Source: an uncultured Planctomycetaceae bacterium (GTDB taxonomy: Bacteria > Planctomycetota > Planctomycetia > Pirellulales > PALSA-1355). Taken from it: a stretch of 64,000 nt of DNA. Position numbers and translations under genes: made by a program. The stretch is from positions 480,001-544,000 of the forward strand of contig CAWAUV010000005.1 in the NCBI GenBank assembly GCA_963785305.1, given 5' to 3'. Below, piece after piece: positions 10,857 to 23,452 of this stretch (positions are counted from its first letter, which is position 1; each line of letters opens with the position of its first letter). The notes below the pieces were generated by a model, which was given only the letters and a program-made list of their open reading frames with translations, did no database searches and was not told the origin of the DNA.

Positions 10857-11291
10857 TCAACTGGGGCGGTCGCGCTCGAGTTCCTCGAGCGATTCCAGAT
10901 TGGCCCGCGCCGCGCCAAGCGCTTCTTCGGCCAGTGATCGCGATTCGCGATCGCTGGCCAACTCGGCGACGCAGTTCTCGATTCGACCGATGTGTCGACG
11001 CTGTTCGTCCAGCAACTGCCGCAGCACATAGTCGAACCCGAGATCGTTGAGCCATGTATAACGCTCGGAAAAATTGCCATGCGGCGGATTGCCCGCGAGC
11101 TGCTCGACCCGCTGGGCGATGCGTCTGGCCATGCGCCGCTGGTCGGCCGCGATTCGAGCGACCGCTTCGAGCGGGCGGCGCTCGTTGCCATCGATCCAAG
11201 GCGCGGCGCCCTGCAAATAGACGCAGAGCGAATAGTTTTCGAGCGCGAATAGTCGCGCGAGCGGTTCGTAAGCTTGCGAGGAACGCTTCAT
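10857..11291 (-). CDS. Hypothetical ferritin-like four-helix protein
   Basis: Helical 144-aa ORF in operon position after nuoN. Confidence 0.5.
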   Translation of the reverse strand: MKRSSQAYEPLARLFALENYSLCVYLQGAAPWIDGNERRPLEAVARIAADQRRMARRIAQRVEQLAGNPPHGNFSERYTWLNDLGFDYVLRQLLDEQRRHIGRIENCVAELASDRESRSLAEEALGAARANLESLEELERDRPS

Positions 11292-11348
11292 GGATCGAGC
11301 GCCTGTCGGCGGACGCGTGCAATGGGTGAGCCGGCTGGGTTCAGTATA

Positions 11349-13074
11349 TTATATGCGGTTCAATATAAATGTCGGGCCGCGGCTTCGGCCCAGTGAAGTA
11401 AACTCGAGCCGAAAAGCCCCCACCACACGACCGGCGCCGTCATCGCCACCACGAAACCGGCCTGCCAGACCGAGCAGTCCGCTAGCGGCCCCGCGTGCGC
11501 CGGTCGCTCGAAGGCGACCACCTTGACGACTGCGCATGTAATAAAACAGCGAAAGGGCGGTGTTGAGCCCGGCGACGATGAGCACCGTGACCAGCCCGGC
11601 GTCGTAGAGCGAGGCAAACACGAAAAATTTGGCGAAGAATCCGCCCAGCGGCGGAATGCCGATCAAACTCAAGAGCAAGATCACGAACGAAATCGCCACG
11701 ACCGGCGCCCGTTGCACGAGTCCGGCATAGTCGGCGATCGACTCGCTCCCATCGGCGTTGCGCACCAAGGCCACGACGGCAAAGCAGCCGATCTTCATGA
11801 ACAGATAGACACCGATATAAAACGCCAGCGCCGCGATGGCCTGTTCGGCGGCCGTTGGGTCCTTGTCCACCAAGAGCAGCGCCGCGGCCACGGGCATCAT
11901 CATGTAACCGGCCTGGGCGATCGTGGAATAGGCCAGCAGCCGCTTGATCTCGGTTTGCCCATAGGCGGCCAAATTGCCGAATGTGCAAGTCACCGCGGCC
12001 AAGAGCGCGATCAGCTTGGCCAAAAACTCCCGGGCCGGCGCCAGTTCGCGCGTTTCCGCGGCCAGGGCCGGCGCCGACCGCGGCGGCGATGGGGCTTCAG
12101 CGGCGGCGCGCGGTGGATTCTCGCCGGCAGTATTCGGGGCCGCGAAGGTCGCCGGCGCGGCGGTGGCGTCGCTTACCGCGAGAGCCGAATCGGCCGGCAA
12201 ATAACAGACCGCCATCGCCACGCGCGCCAGCAACCCCAGGGCTGCCGTCTTCGAGGCGACGGACAAAAACGCGTCGACCTCGGCGGTCTGCGCCCTCGAA
12301 CACATCGGGACACCAAAAATGAAACGGCGCCGCCGAAAGCTTGAACGCGATTCCCACCAACACACATAGCGCGCCCAAGGCGAGCGCGGTCTTCACACCC
12401 GGCGTTGCCTCGTCGCTAGCCAGCAGCAGGCTTAAGCGCGAGGCCATCGTGGGCAGGTGCGCCGTATCGAGCAGCCCCACGAGCAAACTGGCGCCATAGA
12501 GCATCACACCGGCCGCGCCCGCGCCATAGACCGCGAACTTGAGCGCCGCTTCGCTCGCGCGGCGATGTCCCTTGGCCAGTCCGGCCAAGGCATACGACGG
12601 CACGCTCGCCATCTCCACGCCCAAAAAGATCATCAACCAGTGATCGGCCGCCACCATCAGACACATGCCGATCGTGGCCCCGAGCAGCAGCGGATAAACA
12701 TCGGGCGCCGAGTCGCGATCGGGCACGCCGGTCAGGCGCGTGAGCACGATCACCAGCGCGAGCGACACCAATATCGCGGTGCGCGCAAAAATCGCGAAGC
12801 CGTCGTAGGCCAACATTTCGGTAAACGCCGTGGGTCGCGCGACCGCCAGTGGATTCAGCGGACCACTCGTCAGGAACTCGGGCCACGAACACACCGCCGC
12901 GGCCACGGCGCCCGCCAGCGCGATCCAGCAGGAATCGATTCGCGGCGCGAGCATGCGCGCGAGCAGAATCAACAAGATCGTGCCCGAGAGTATCAGCTCG
13001 GGCGAGAACCACCCGCAGCTTGCCGTGGTGTCGGCGACGAGGCGCCGCATGATCTGTTCGAGGGTGTCGGTCAT
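11349..13074 (-). CDS. nuoN: NADH-quinone oxidoreductase subunit N (frameshifted)
   Basis: SEAALKF, FKLSAAPFHFWCPDVFEG, KRLLAYSTIAQAGY, SLIGIPPLGGFFAKF. Confidence 0.92.
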
Positions 13075-14863
13075 CGTCGCGCGGCGTCCTGGGAGTCGGG
13101 GCGGACGCCTTCGCGGGCGGGGTTCGCATCGTCGCCAGCGCGAACGATCCTTGGCTGCTCGTCGGCCGCCAGGCGCCGGTCTTTCACATTGCGCGTCCAG
13201 GCGGTGAGATCATCGACCTGGCGGTTGATCGTGGGCGTCATGTAGCGGAAGACGGTTTGCGGAAAGACGCCGAAGAAGATCGCCATCGCCAAGAGCGGCG
13301 CGGCGATGGCAAACTCGCGGCGCGTGAGCGGTGTTAGCTTTTCGGGATGCGGGCCTTTGTATTCCGGTCCCAGATACACGCGCTGAATGGCCCAGAGAAT
13401 ATAGCTGGCCGTGAGCACCACCACCGCGGCCGCGATCACACCCATCGCCGGGCTATGCTTCCAGGCGGCAAAGGTCACGATCACCTCGCCCACGAAGCCG
13501 CACATTCCGGGCAGCCCCATGGCGGCGAAGAACAGCCCCAACGCCAGTCCCGAATAGACCGGCATTCGCGAGAAGAGGCCGCCGAAATGATCGAGATTCC
13601 GATGATGCACGCGATCGTAAACCACGCCGACCATGAAGAACATGGCCGAGGCGATAATGCCGTGGGCGAGCATCTGAAACATCGCGCCGCTGACGCCCAT
13701 TTTCCAGCTCGAGGCGTCGAACTCGGTTCCGGCCCAAGCCGACCACGCGGCGATGCCGAGCACCACATAGCCCATGTGGCTGACCGAACTATAGGCGACG
13801 AGGCGTTTGAAGTCGCGCTGCCCGAGCGCGGCCAGGGCGCCATAGACCATGCTCGCCACGCCCACGAGAGCGACGAGCCAAGTGAGATCGTGGGCGGCGT
13901 CGGGACACACCGGGTAGCAGATGCGCAAGAGACCGTAGCCGCCCATTTTGAGCAACACTCCGGCCAAGATCATGGAGATCGGGGTGGGCGCTTCGACATG
14001 GGCGTCGGGCAGCCAAGTGTGCAGCGGCACGACCGGAATCTTGATCGCGAACCCCACGAACAGCAGCACGAAAGCCCACCAGCCGATCGACCGCCCCCAG
14101 AGAGCCGGCTCGTCGAACAGTTCGGTATGCTGACCGATTTGCTGAAGCGCGAGGATATTGAAGGTGTGGGCCTGGCCAACCCGCGCGGAGATCGCGGCGA
14201 CTTGCTCGCGCCGGGTCTCGGGACTGGCCGCGGAATCGATCACATGCGCGGCGAGCAGTTGCGGCTCGGAGAGTTTTTTCAAATCGCTGTTGAAGTACAG
14301 CATCAGAATCGCGATCAAAATAAACACGCCGCCCAGCAGCGTGTAGAGAAAGAATTTGATCGCGGCATATTCCCGCCGCTCGCCACCCCAAAGGCCGATG
14401 AGAAAGTACATCGGCAAGAGCATCACTTCCCAAAACACGTAGAACAGAAAGAAATCGAGCGCGAGAAACACGCCCAGCATGCCGGTTTCCAGAAGTAGAA
14501 ACAACACGCAATAGGCCTTGACATGTCGCTCGATCGTGAGGCTCGCCGCCATTGCCAAAAAGCAAATGAGCGCCGTGAGCGCCGACCAGCGGAAAGCTGA
14601 TTCCATCGAGGCCGATGAAATAATCGATGCCCAGCGATGGCAGCCACGGCCGCGCGAACGTGTGCTGCATCGCGGCCTCGGCCGTGTCGAATCCCAGCGG
14701 CGCCTCGGCCACGAGCATCAGCAGCGTCAGCGCGAACACGACGCCGGTCGCGGCCAGCGAAATGGTTTTGATGAGCTTCGTTCGCGAGCTGGGCGCCAAA
14801 AGCAGCGCCGAGCGCGACCATCGCCGGCAAGAACAAAATCGAACTCAATAAGACACTAGCCAT
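13071..14863 (-). CDS. nuoM: NADH-quinone oxidoreductase subunit M (frameshifted)
   Basis: GLDGISFPL, YAAIKFFLYT, PLHTWLPDAHVEAPT, KRLVAYSSVSHMG. Confidence 0.95.
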
Positions 14864-14948
14864 GAATCGTCCGCGCGGGTTTCTGAGGATTCGCTTGAAT
14901 TTCCGTGAAAACATCGCTCGCTAGTCGACCGCCGCGAGCTCGCGGGTC

Positions 14949-17392
14949 TCAGGTCATCGTGAGCGCCCAGCCGATGAGCACGAACAGCGTGACCGTGCCC
15001 ACGACGATAAACAACACATATTGCCGCAGCCGTCCGCTCTGCGCTCTGCGGAGCGAAAGGGCCAGTGAATAGGTTCCATCGGCCACGGCATTCACGAGCC
15101 CATCGACGAAGCGACGATCGAAAGCGTCGTCGAGCCGCGCCAGCCATCGCGTGCCGCGGGCCACGCCATCGATCACCCAGTCGATCCAGCGGCGGTCAAT
15201 CGTCGCCGCCAGCCGGGCCGCTTGGAGAGTCGGTCCGACGATCGCCCGGTCGTAGAAGCGGTCGATATACCAGGCATTTCGCAGCAGGCGATAGATCGGC
15301 GTGAACTGCTGCTGGACATCGCGCGGATCGAGCAGGCGGAGGCCATGGAATATCGTGGCCAGAATGATTCCGGCCAGCCCCATCAGGCTCGCGGTCCAGG
15401 TGGCTTGGCCGTGAAAGGAGTGGGCAGCGTCGGCCGCGGGATACCGCAGATTGTTCATGAGCTCGCCAGCAAGCGGCAGATCGACGCCGGCCGGCCCGCG
15501 GCCCCGAGCAAGCTTTCGACGCCGAGCCCGCCCACGCTCCAGCCCAAGCCCACGGCCAAGATCGCGAGCGCCACGAGCGGCAGCACCATCGAGCGGCCCG
15601 ATTCATGCGCCGCCGCGAATTTTCGCCGGTCGCGGCATTCGCCCGCGAAGGTCATGAGCCACAGGCGAAACATGTAGAAAGAAGTCAACGCCGAACCGGC
15701 CAGCGCCGCGAAATAGAAAATGGAAAGGCTGGGATTCGCGGCGCGAAAGGCGAGCGTTTGAGCCAGGATCGCGTCTTTCGAGTAATAGCCGCTCAGGCCG
15801 ATGACTCCGGGAATTCCGAAGCCCGAAATCGCGAGGCAGCCGATGAACATCGTGTGGGCGGTCCAGGGCATCTTGCGGCGCAGACCGCCCATGAGCGGCA
15901 TTTCGTTGGTATGCATCGCATGAATCACCGAGCCCGCGCCCAAAAAGAGCAAGCTCTTGAAGGCCGCATGCGTGACCAAGTGAAATAGCGCGGGCAGCCA
16001 ACCGCCGGTTCCCAGGGCGAGCATCATCAGGCCCAACTGACTGATGGTGGACCAAGCGAGCACCCGTTTGATATCCGTGGCCGTCACCGCCACGGTGGCC
16101 GCCAGACAAAAAGTGAAGCATCCGACGACGGCGACCACCAGCAGCGCTTCGGCCGCCAGCAGCGGATAGGCGCGGCCCACGAGATACACGCCGGCCGCGA
16201 CCATGGTGGCCGAATGCACGAGCGCGCTCACCGGCGTGGGGCCTTCCATGGCGTCGGGCAGCCAGACATGCAGCGGCGCTTGGGCACTTTTGCCCGCGCA
16301 GCCGCAAAAAATACCAAGCCCGGCCACGACCAGCAGCCAATAGCCCGCGCGGTGGGGTGAGCCCTTTTCGTCGCGCCATTGTTCCAAACGCGACGCGATT
16401 TCCGAGCGAGCCGCCGCGAGGCCCAGTCCGCCCGCGGCGGGCGTTTCGCCATCGCCCGGGCCCGGCGCGAAGTCCGCTCCGCCCAGCGCGTCGTTCACCA
16501 TCGGATCGCGATGCTCGCGCATGATGCGGGCGAGCTCCTGGGCGCCGGCGGATGCCAGCATTCCATCGGGCACCGTCAGGCGATGTTCATTTGCCTCCGG
16601 CCGCACGAGGCTGAAGAGGCCACGCTGGGGCGGGTCCCAATCGGAGTCGCCGAACTTGGGAACATCGCCGAAATCGAGCGTTCCCAGGCTGCCACATAGG
16701 ATCATCAAGCCGACCAAGAGCCCCGCGTCGCCGATGCGATTGACGACAAACGCTTTCATCGCGGCCGAGGCGGCCCGCGCCCGTTCGAAATAAAACCCGA
16801 TCAGCAGATAAGAACTGATGCCCACCAGCTCCCAAAAGGCGAACACCATCAGCAGATTGCCGGCGAGCACGAGCCCCAGCATGCTGAACGCGAATAGCGA
16901 CAAGTCTTGATAGAAGCGATGAAAGCGGCCCGGGCGATGAAGGCTGTGGCCGCCGCCCAGCGCCTCGGGATCGGCCAGCGTGTCGGCGAGTTCGTTGCGC
17001 ATGTAGCCGAAGGAGTAGACGTACACGCAAGCGGCGACGAATGTGACGACGACGAACATCACGACCGTGAGCGCGTCGATATAATAACCGATCGAAAACT
17101 CGATCTGGCCGAACTTGCCGAGCGCGAGCCAGCGGCCGGCGTGCGCGACCGGCGCGGGGAGCGAAACAGCGGTTGCTGGGTTCGTGGCGAGTCCGTGGGC
17201 CGGAAGCCACACCAACCAGAGCGCCGCTTGGGCCAGAATCGCCGAGAGCACGATCGCGCCGGTGGCGAAGAACCCGGCGGTGCGCTTGGAGCGCGCCGAC
17301 GATGGCCGCGCAATCGCCAGGGCCGCGAATGCGACAAGCGGCGCCAGCCAAGCGGCGGCCAGCAGTTTCGGCAATAGAATGCTTGCGTTCAT
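14949..17392 (-). CDS. nuoL: NADH-quinone oxidoreductase subunit L (frameshift near 15460)
   Basis: KAFVVNRIGD, GKSAQAPLHVWLPDAMEGPTPVSALVHSATMVAAG, QSGRLRQY. Confidence 0.95.
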
Positions 17393-17409
17393 CGGCCTCG
17401 CGCGCGAGA

Positions 17410-17763
17410 TCAGCCCTTGAGCTCATCGGCCCGATCGACATCGACCGTGGCGTGATTGTTGTGGAAGTTGAGCGTGATCGCCAGCGCCACCGCCGCTTCG
17501 GCCGCGGCGAGCACGATCACAAACAGCGATATCCATTGTCCGTCGAGCCCGAGCCCGATCGGCCCCCAGCCGCCATCGGGGCGCAAGGTCTCGCTGCCGA
17601 AGGCGACAAAGTTGACATTGGCGCCGTTGAGCACCAATTCGATGCCCATCAGCACCCCTAGCGCGTTGCGTTTCGTGGCCATGCAGACGATTCCGGTCAC
17701 GAACAGGATCGCGCCGACCACCAGATAATGCGCCACGCCGATCGGCTCGGTGATCAAGTTCAT
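17410..17763 (-). CDS. nuoK: NADH-quinone oxidoreductase subunit K
   Basis: LMGIELVLNGANVNFVAF, LAAAEAAVALAI. Confidence 0.95.
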   Translation of the reverse strand: MNLITEPIGVAHYLVVGAILFVTGIVCMATKRNALGVLMGIELVLNGANVNFVAFGSETLRPDGGWGPIGLGLDGQWISLFVIVLAAAEAAVALAITLNFHNNHATVDVDRADELKG

Positions 17764-18422
17764 CGCGCCTCCCTATCGCCGGGCTGCAATCCGATCGGCC
17801 CCGCCCGCCGCTTGGGACGCGCCAAATACGCCGCTCCGATCAACACCACGAGCAAATGCACCGAGATGATTTCGAACGGCAGCAAATAGCCCGACATGCC
17901 GCGCGTGTCGCGCGCCGGGAGCCGCGAGCCGGCGGCGCTCGAGGGCGATCGCGCCGCATCCACGGGCGTCAATTGGTCGACGCGCGCTCCGAGCAATCCC
18001 AGGCCCAAGCGAGCGGCGGTCGGCGGCGACGCGTCTTGGGACATGGGCCGATCGGCGGCCGGCCACCACCGCGCCACCCCCAGCGTGGCTTGGAGCAAGA
18101 TCACGAGCAGCGCTCCGGCCGCCACGAGGCTCGCCACCCATTCACCGCCGCGAGCCTTCATGCTGACAAAGGGGCCTTGCGCCGTGAGCATCACGCCGAA
18201 AACGAGCAGCACGAGCGTGGCGCCGACATAGATCATGATTTGCGCCGCGCCGACGAAATCGGCTCCGGCGAGAAAAAACAGCCCCGCCGTGGCCGAGAGC
18301 GAAAGCACCAAATAAAACGCCATGCGCACTATATGACTCGACAGCGTCACGGCAATCGCCCCGCCGCACGCGATCGCCGCGAACACGAGAAAAAACACCG
18401 AGTGCCAGTGAATGTTCGCCAT
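17760..18422 (-). CDS. nuoJ: NADH-quinone oxidoreductase subunit J
   Basis: QIMIYVGATLVLLVFGVML, YLLPFEIISVHLLVVLIGA. Confidence 0.95.
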   Translation of the reverse strand: MANIHWHSVFFLVFAAIACGGAIAVTLSSHIVRMAFYLVLSLSATAGLFFLAGADFVGAAQIMIYVGATLVLLVFGVMLTAQGPFVSMKARGGEWVASLVAAGALLVILLQATLGVARWWPAADRPMSQDASPPTAARLGLGLLGARVDQLTPVDAARSPSSAAGSRLPARDTRGMSGYLLPFEIISVHLLVVLIGAAYLARPKRRAGPIGLQPGDREAR

Positions 18423-18425
18423 GGC

Positions 18426-19627
18426 TCACCGGTCCTTTCCGGCCACGGCGACAGTCGCCGCGCCGCCCTCGCGAACATGTCCCGCCGGCGCGGGGCCCGC
18501 GAAGAGAAGTCCGCCAGGCAAGGCCCAGAGCCAAAGCGCGGCGCCGCCCAGCGATACGGCGGCCAAAGGCGTGCAGTACTTGAGGCACACGGTCATCACC
18601 TGATCGATCCGCAGCCTCGGCAGTGTCCAGCGAACCCACATCATGGTCGTCACGCCGAGCACGCATTTAACGACGAAGTTCGTCATGCCGAACAGATTGC
18701 CCAGATAATGCAGCACCGGATTCTCGGCCGCGGCGAGGCCCAGCCAATCAACCACGGGAATCGGGCCGTTCCACCCGCCGAAGAACAACACGGCGGCCAA
18801 CCCGCTCACGGCGAACATCGAGCCGTATTCGGCCATGAAAAACATGCTCCAGCGGAGGCCGGAATATTCGGTATGGAATCCGGCGACCAGCTCGCTTTCG
18901 GCCTCGGCCAGATCGAAGGGCGCCGCGATTCACGCTAGCCGTGGCGCAGGTGAAATAGACCCAAAACACGACGAACGTGAATGGATCGTGGAACAAATAC
19001 CAGTTCGTGAACCAGCCGCGCTGCATCTGGCCGATGGCGCCGAGGTCCATGGTGCCGGCCAGCATCACCGGCACGAGCACGCACAGGCCCAGCGGCGCCT
19101 CATAGCTTACTACCTGGGCTCCTTCGCGCATCGCGCCAAAGAGCGACCACTTCGACCCCGAAGCGTAGCCGGCCAGAATCACGCCGAATACTTCCAGCCC
19201 CAGCACGGCGATCACGAAGAACGCGGCCACATTGAGCCGCAGCGCGGTCCAGCCATCGGCAAATGGCAGAGCGAGGTAGCCGCCGACCGATGCGCAAAAA
19301 CTCACATATACCGCCACGCGAAACAGCAACGGATCGGCGGCGGCAGGCATCAGGTCTTCCTTGGTGATGAGCTTCACGCCATCGGCCAGGGTTTGCAGCC
19401 AGCCGAACTTGCCGCCCACGCGAGTCGGCCCGAGCCGATCTTGAATGCGGCCGGCCACTTTGCTGCTCGAGCCAAATAAAGACCAGCGCCCCGACCGCCA
19501 CCACATTCACCAGCAGCGCGCAATGGATGATCGCGGCCAACAGATAGCCGAGCTCGAACGCGTCGACCAGGCGCACGAGCGCGGCCGGAAGATAGTCGTG
19601 TGCGCGGGTGGTGAAAAATTCGGCCAT
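18426..19627 (-). CDS. nuoH: NADH-quinone oxidoreductase subunit H (frameshifted)
   Basis: IQDRLGPTRVG, LADGVKLITKED, AQVVSYE, FFMAEY, RWTLPRLRIDQ. Confidence 0.93.
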
Positions 19628-19831
19628 GGCCGTTTGTCGAACGAAGCTTGATTCGGCGCCTCGACGCGGGAGGGCGCCGGGCGCGTAAAGCGTGGAATAT
19701 GGCACAAGCCATCGACTTATGGCAAGGGCAAGCGGTTTGACTCGGCGAAAAGGCGCCAAAGGGCGAAATCGCGATTCGAGCCAGCCGCGCGGCCGGCGGT
19801 TCGCCCAGGAATTCGACCGAAACCCGGGGGC

Positions 19832-22028
19832 TCAGGCCTGCCACATCATGAGCTCGAAATTCGGCGAGGGAACGGTCGTTTCAATGACCCCGTCGCGCGG
19901 AACGCGTTCGATGGTCTGCTCGATCGCGAGCGCCTCGACGAAGAACTCGAGCGGATCGCCCGTCGCTAGGCCCAAGAGGCGCCAGGGGACTGCCAGCTCG
20001 AAAATCTCGGCCGTCGCCACATCGATTTGGGCCGAGCCAACCGGCGCCCCGCCGTGGAGCAGTTCCGCCGAGGGCCGCGATTCGCTCGGCCGCGCGACTT
20101 CCAGCGCGAACCCCTCGGGCCGCGAGAAGCCGATCCGCAGGGAATCGACATCGGCCAACCGCACTCGGGCCGGACCGCCGCGCGTGTCGAGTCGGACGAG
20201 GAAACGCTCTTCGTCGAAGCCGAACCACAGGCCCGCGATTCGCCGGGTGTCGACCGCGCCCATGGCGCCGCGGGCAACGGTGGTTTCGAATCTTCCGGCG
20301 TTGAGCCACTCGAAATAACCATGGCGGCCGTCGATCTTCACATTCAGCAGGCTCGAGGGTTGCGTGTAGGGCAGCCGATCGCGCTCGGCGGCGCGAATCG
20401 GCCGCGCGAGCTCGCCCGGCGGCTGTTCGCCGAGCAGCGTGTAAATGTTCGCCAGATGCTTGCGGAAGAGCTCGTCGAAGAGTTGACCATGCGCGGTCCA
20501 GTGACTATCGCCAAACCACCAGAACCAATCACTTCCCTGGGCGATATACAACTCCTCCCAGGCCCGCTCAGAGCGGGCGAACGTGGACGCTGGCCTTGGC
20601 CGCGGGCATCGAGAAATTCACGTGCCTGGGCGACAAGGTCCCAGGCGCGGTTGCACTCGGGATGGCCGATCCAAACGCCGAAGTCGTGGTTGATCCAGGA
20701 ACCGGAAAAAATCTGCCCAATGCGGCCGGTGGCCGGATGCGCATCGAGATAATCGCTCACGCGCGTGGTTTGAACATGGGGATGATTCGCCAGGCGTTTG
20801 TAGAGCAACCGCAGGAATTCGACGCCGCCGGCGGGGTAATGCTCCCAGCAGTTGTCGCCATCGAGAATCACGCTCGCGAGCGCCGGCCGCGGGCCATGCT
20901 TCGCGAAGTCGCACTGCCGGATGCCTTCGAGCTTGCCGAGAAATTCATCGACCGCTTGCCGCGCGGGATAACGTGAATAATGAAATCCGATGCCATCGCT
21001 CAGCGCATGATCGCGAAAAACGACTTGCAGCCGCTTGCCGCGTTCGCTGATGTTCCACGGCTGGTAGAGCAGTTCCGGCGACCGCAGATAGCCCTGCGCG
21101 TCGCGGCCGACGGCGCCATGCAGCGAGGCGTTGAGCACCTGCTCGTCGGAGGCGATCCATTCGACGCCGGCGCCCGCCGCCAGCGGCAAGATCGCCGGCG
21201 AGACCGCGCCTTCGGCCGGCCAGAGTCCGCGCGGCCGCGCGCCGAAAAGCTGCTCATGAAATTCGAGGGCCCGCCGAGTTTGCGCCACGGCCGACTCGAC
21301 ATCGCTTTCCAACCGCTCGGGCAGGCGCGCCTGGGGCATCGCCTGCCGGGCCGATCGTTTGTCACAGAGCAGCGGCAAAATCGGATGGTAAAACGCGGTC
21401 GTGGTCAGTTCGACTTGGCCTGCTTCGGCGAGTTGTTTGTAGAGCGGAATCACTTCGCCCACGAGCGACAATTGTTTGTCGAGCAGCCACTGCTTTTCGT
21501 CTTCCGAAAAACCTTCGCCTTTGCGACGCAGCATGGCCAAGTCCGTGTCTTGCTCGAAGGCGATCGGATGGATCCAGACCAAGTTGTTCCAGACTTGCAA
21601 ATCGCGGAGATCGCGGGGGGTAAACCGCCGCGCCGCGGCGTCGAGCGTGTCGACGCCCAGCCCGCGCTGCTCCCAAAGCTCCCGATAGCGGCGATGCGGA
21701 AAAATCATGCGATCGGGCTGGACCATGAAGAAATTGTCGAGCAACCGCGCGACATCGGCCTCGCCCAGGCTATCGGCCGCCAATCGCGAGACGCGCAAGT
21801 GTTCGTCGACGGCGTGTGCTCGGAATAGGCGATCAGTTGCTTCAGCAGGCTCGGCGTGAGATTCACCGTGGCCCGCAGCTCCGGCGTTTCGCGGAGCAGC
21901 ATCGCCATGCCCCAATAGTCCTTGGCGGCATGAAGCCGCGCCCAAGGCATGGTGGCATGGCCGGCAAGATCATCGAAGTAATAGGGCTGATGATGATGCC
22001 AGAGAAAAGCGAGCGATAATGCCGGCAT
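19832..22028 (-). CDS. Glycoside hydrolase family 57 protein (frameshifted)
   Basis: [57 protein letters not shown]. Confidence 0.9.
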
Positions 22029-22059
22029 GAATGTTTGTTACGCTCCCGAGAGACGAACT

Positions 22060-22986
22060 TCACGGCCGCGGCGATCGCTCCCCGCCCACGCCGCCGCCCA
22101 CGCCGCCGCCTGCGCTCGGCCAACGCGCCACGACGCCGGCGTCGAGCCGGGCGCCGCCGCGCGTGGCGAGGATCAATCGCCGAGCCTCGATCTGGCCGCG
22201 CTCCCTCGCGGCGAGCGTTGGCGCCAGCAGGGCTCCGGCCTCGGCGGGGCCGACCTCCGGCGCGTGGCATGTCAATAGCATGAAGCTTGCCTCGCCGGCG
22301 GTCAACCTGCGACAGTCGGCAAGCAGCGGCTCGAGATGCTTGGCGATGTTCCACGCTTGCCCCGCCGCGCCGTGCCCGTAGCTGGGCGGATCGAGCACCA
22401 CGCCATCGTAGACGCGGCCTCGCTTGATCTCCCGGGCCACGAATCGCCGCGCGTCGTCGACAATCCAGCGAATCGGCGATTGGTCGAGGCCCGAAAGTTC
22501 GGCGTTGCGTCGAGCCCAGGCGACGGCGCTCCGGGTGGCGTCGACATGCGTGACCTCGGCCCCGGCGGCCGCGGCGGCGAGAGTGCTGCCCCCGGTGTAG
22601 GCAAAAAGATTGAGCACACGAAGCGGCCGACGAGCCCGGCGGACTTGCGCGGCGAGCCATTGCCAATTGTCGCGCTGCTCGGGAAAGAAGCCGACTTGGC
22701 CCGCCTCGGTCAGACGCAATTCGAGCCGCACCGGCCCAGAGACATGCATCCACGGCTCGGCGAGTGGGCGATCCACGACCCATGCGCCCTGGTTGCCCGG
22801 GGAGCGTTCATAGCGAGCGGCTGCCGCGGGCCAGGGGATATGCAAACCGCTCTCGGCCCGCTCCGCGGCTGGCGAGGGACGATCGACCACGCGTCCGCCG
22901 AGCAGTTCCAGTTTGCGGCCGCGGGCGAAATCGAGCAGTTCGTAATTTTCGTCGTGCGGCGATCCATCGGTCGACAAGCAAAACAC
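22060..22986 (-). CDS. Class I SAM-dependent methyltransferase (RlmI/RlmK-like)
   Basis: GFFPEQ..NW, VLNLFAYTGG, VVLDPPSYGHG. Confidence 0.9.
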   Translation of the reverse strand: MFCLSTDGSPHDENYELLDFARGRKLELLGGRVVDRPSPAAERAESGLHIPWPAAAARYERSPGNQGAWVVDRPLAEPWMHVSGPVRLELRLTEAGQVGFFPEQRDNWQWLAAQVRRARRPLRVLNLFAYTGGSTLAAAAAGAEVTHVDATRSAVAWARRNAELSGLDQSPIRWIVDDARRFVAREIKRGRVYDGVVLDPPSYGHGAAGQAWNIAKHLEPLLADCRRLTAGEASFMLLTCHAPEVGPAEAGALLAPTLAARERGQIEARRLILATRGGARLDAGVVARWPSAGGGVGGGVGGERSPRP

Positions 22987-23452
22987 CTCATCGGGCGAAT
23001 TATCTCAGGTCAGGCACGAAATTACTTTGACTCTTCCGATTGTAAATGCAAGCAACGCCACGACGTGATGTTTTGAGCTGGGCGGAACATGGAAGCCGTC
23101 GCCGACGATTCGGGTTGGGATCGGATGACGCTGCGTCGTTACCGGAAGCGTCAGCAAGGGAATGCCGCCAAAAACGCGATTTGTCGTCGAGCAAAACGTC
23201 TCTTTTTTACCAACGCCGTTGCGTCTCGACAAACGCTTCAAGCTCCGCCAAATCACCGAGGGCACATCGAACCCCGTGTATCGCGGAAGCGATTCCGGCG
23301 GTGAACGGCGCCTACTTCGACCGGCGAGGCGTCATGTTCGCGGCCGATGAGGTCCGTCTTTCCATTTGACAGGCGATGCCCTCGATGGCCGGGAACGAAA
23401 CCGTGGACAAGAGCGGTTTCCGCTGAATCTTCGTTCGGCCTCCACTCGGCGC

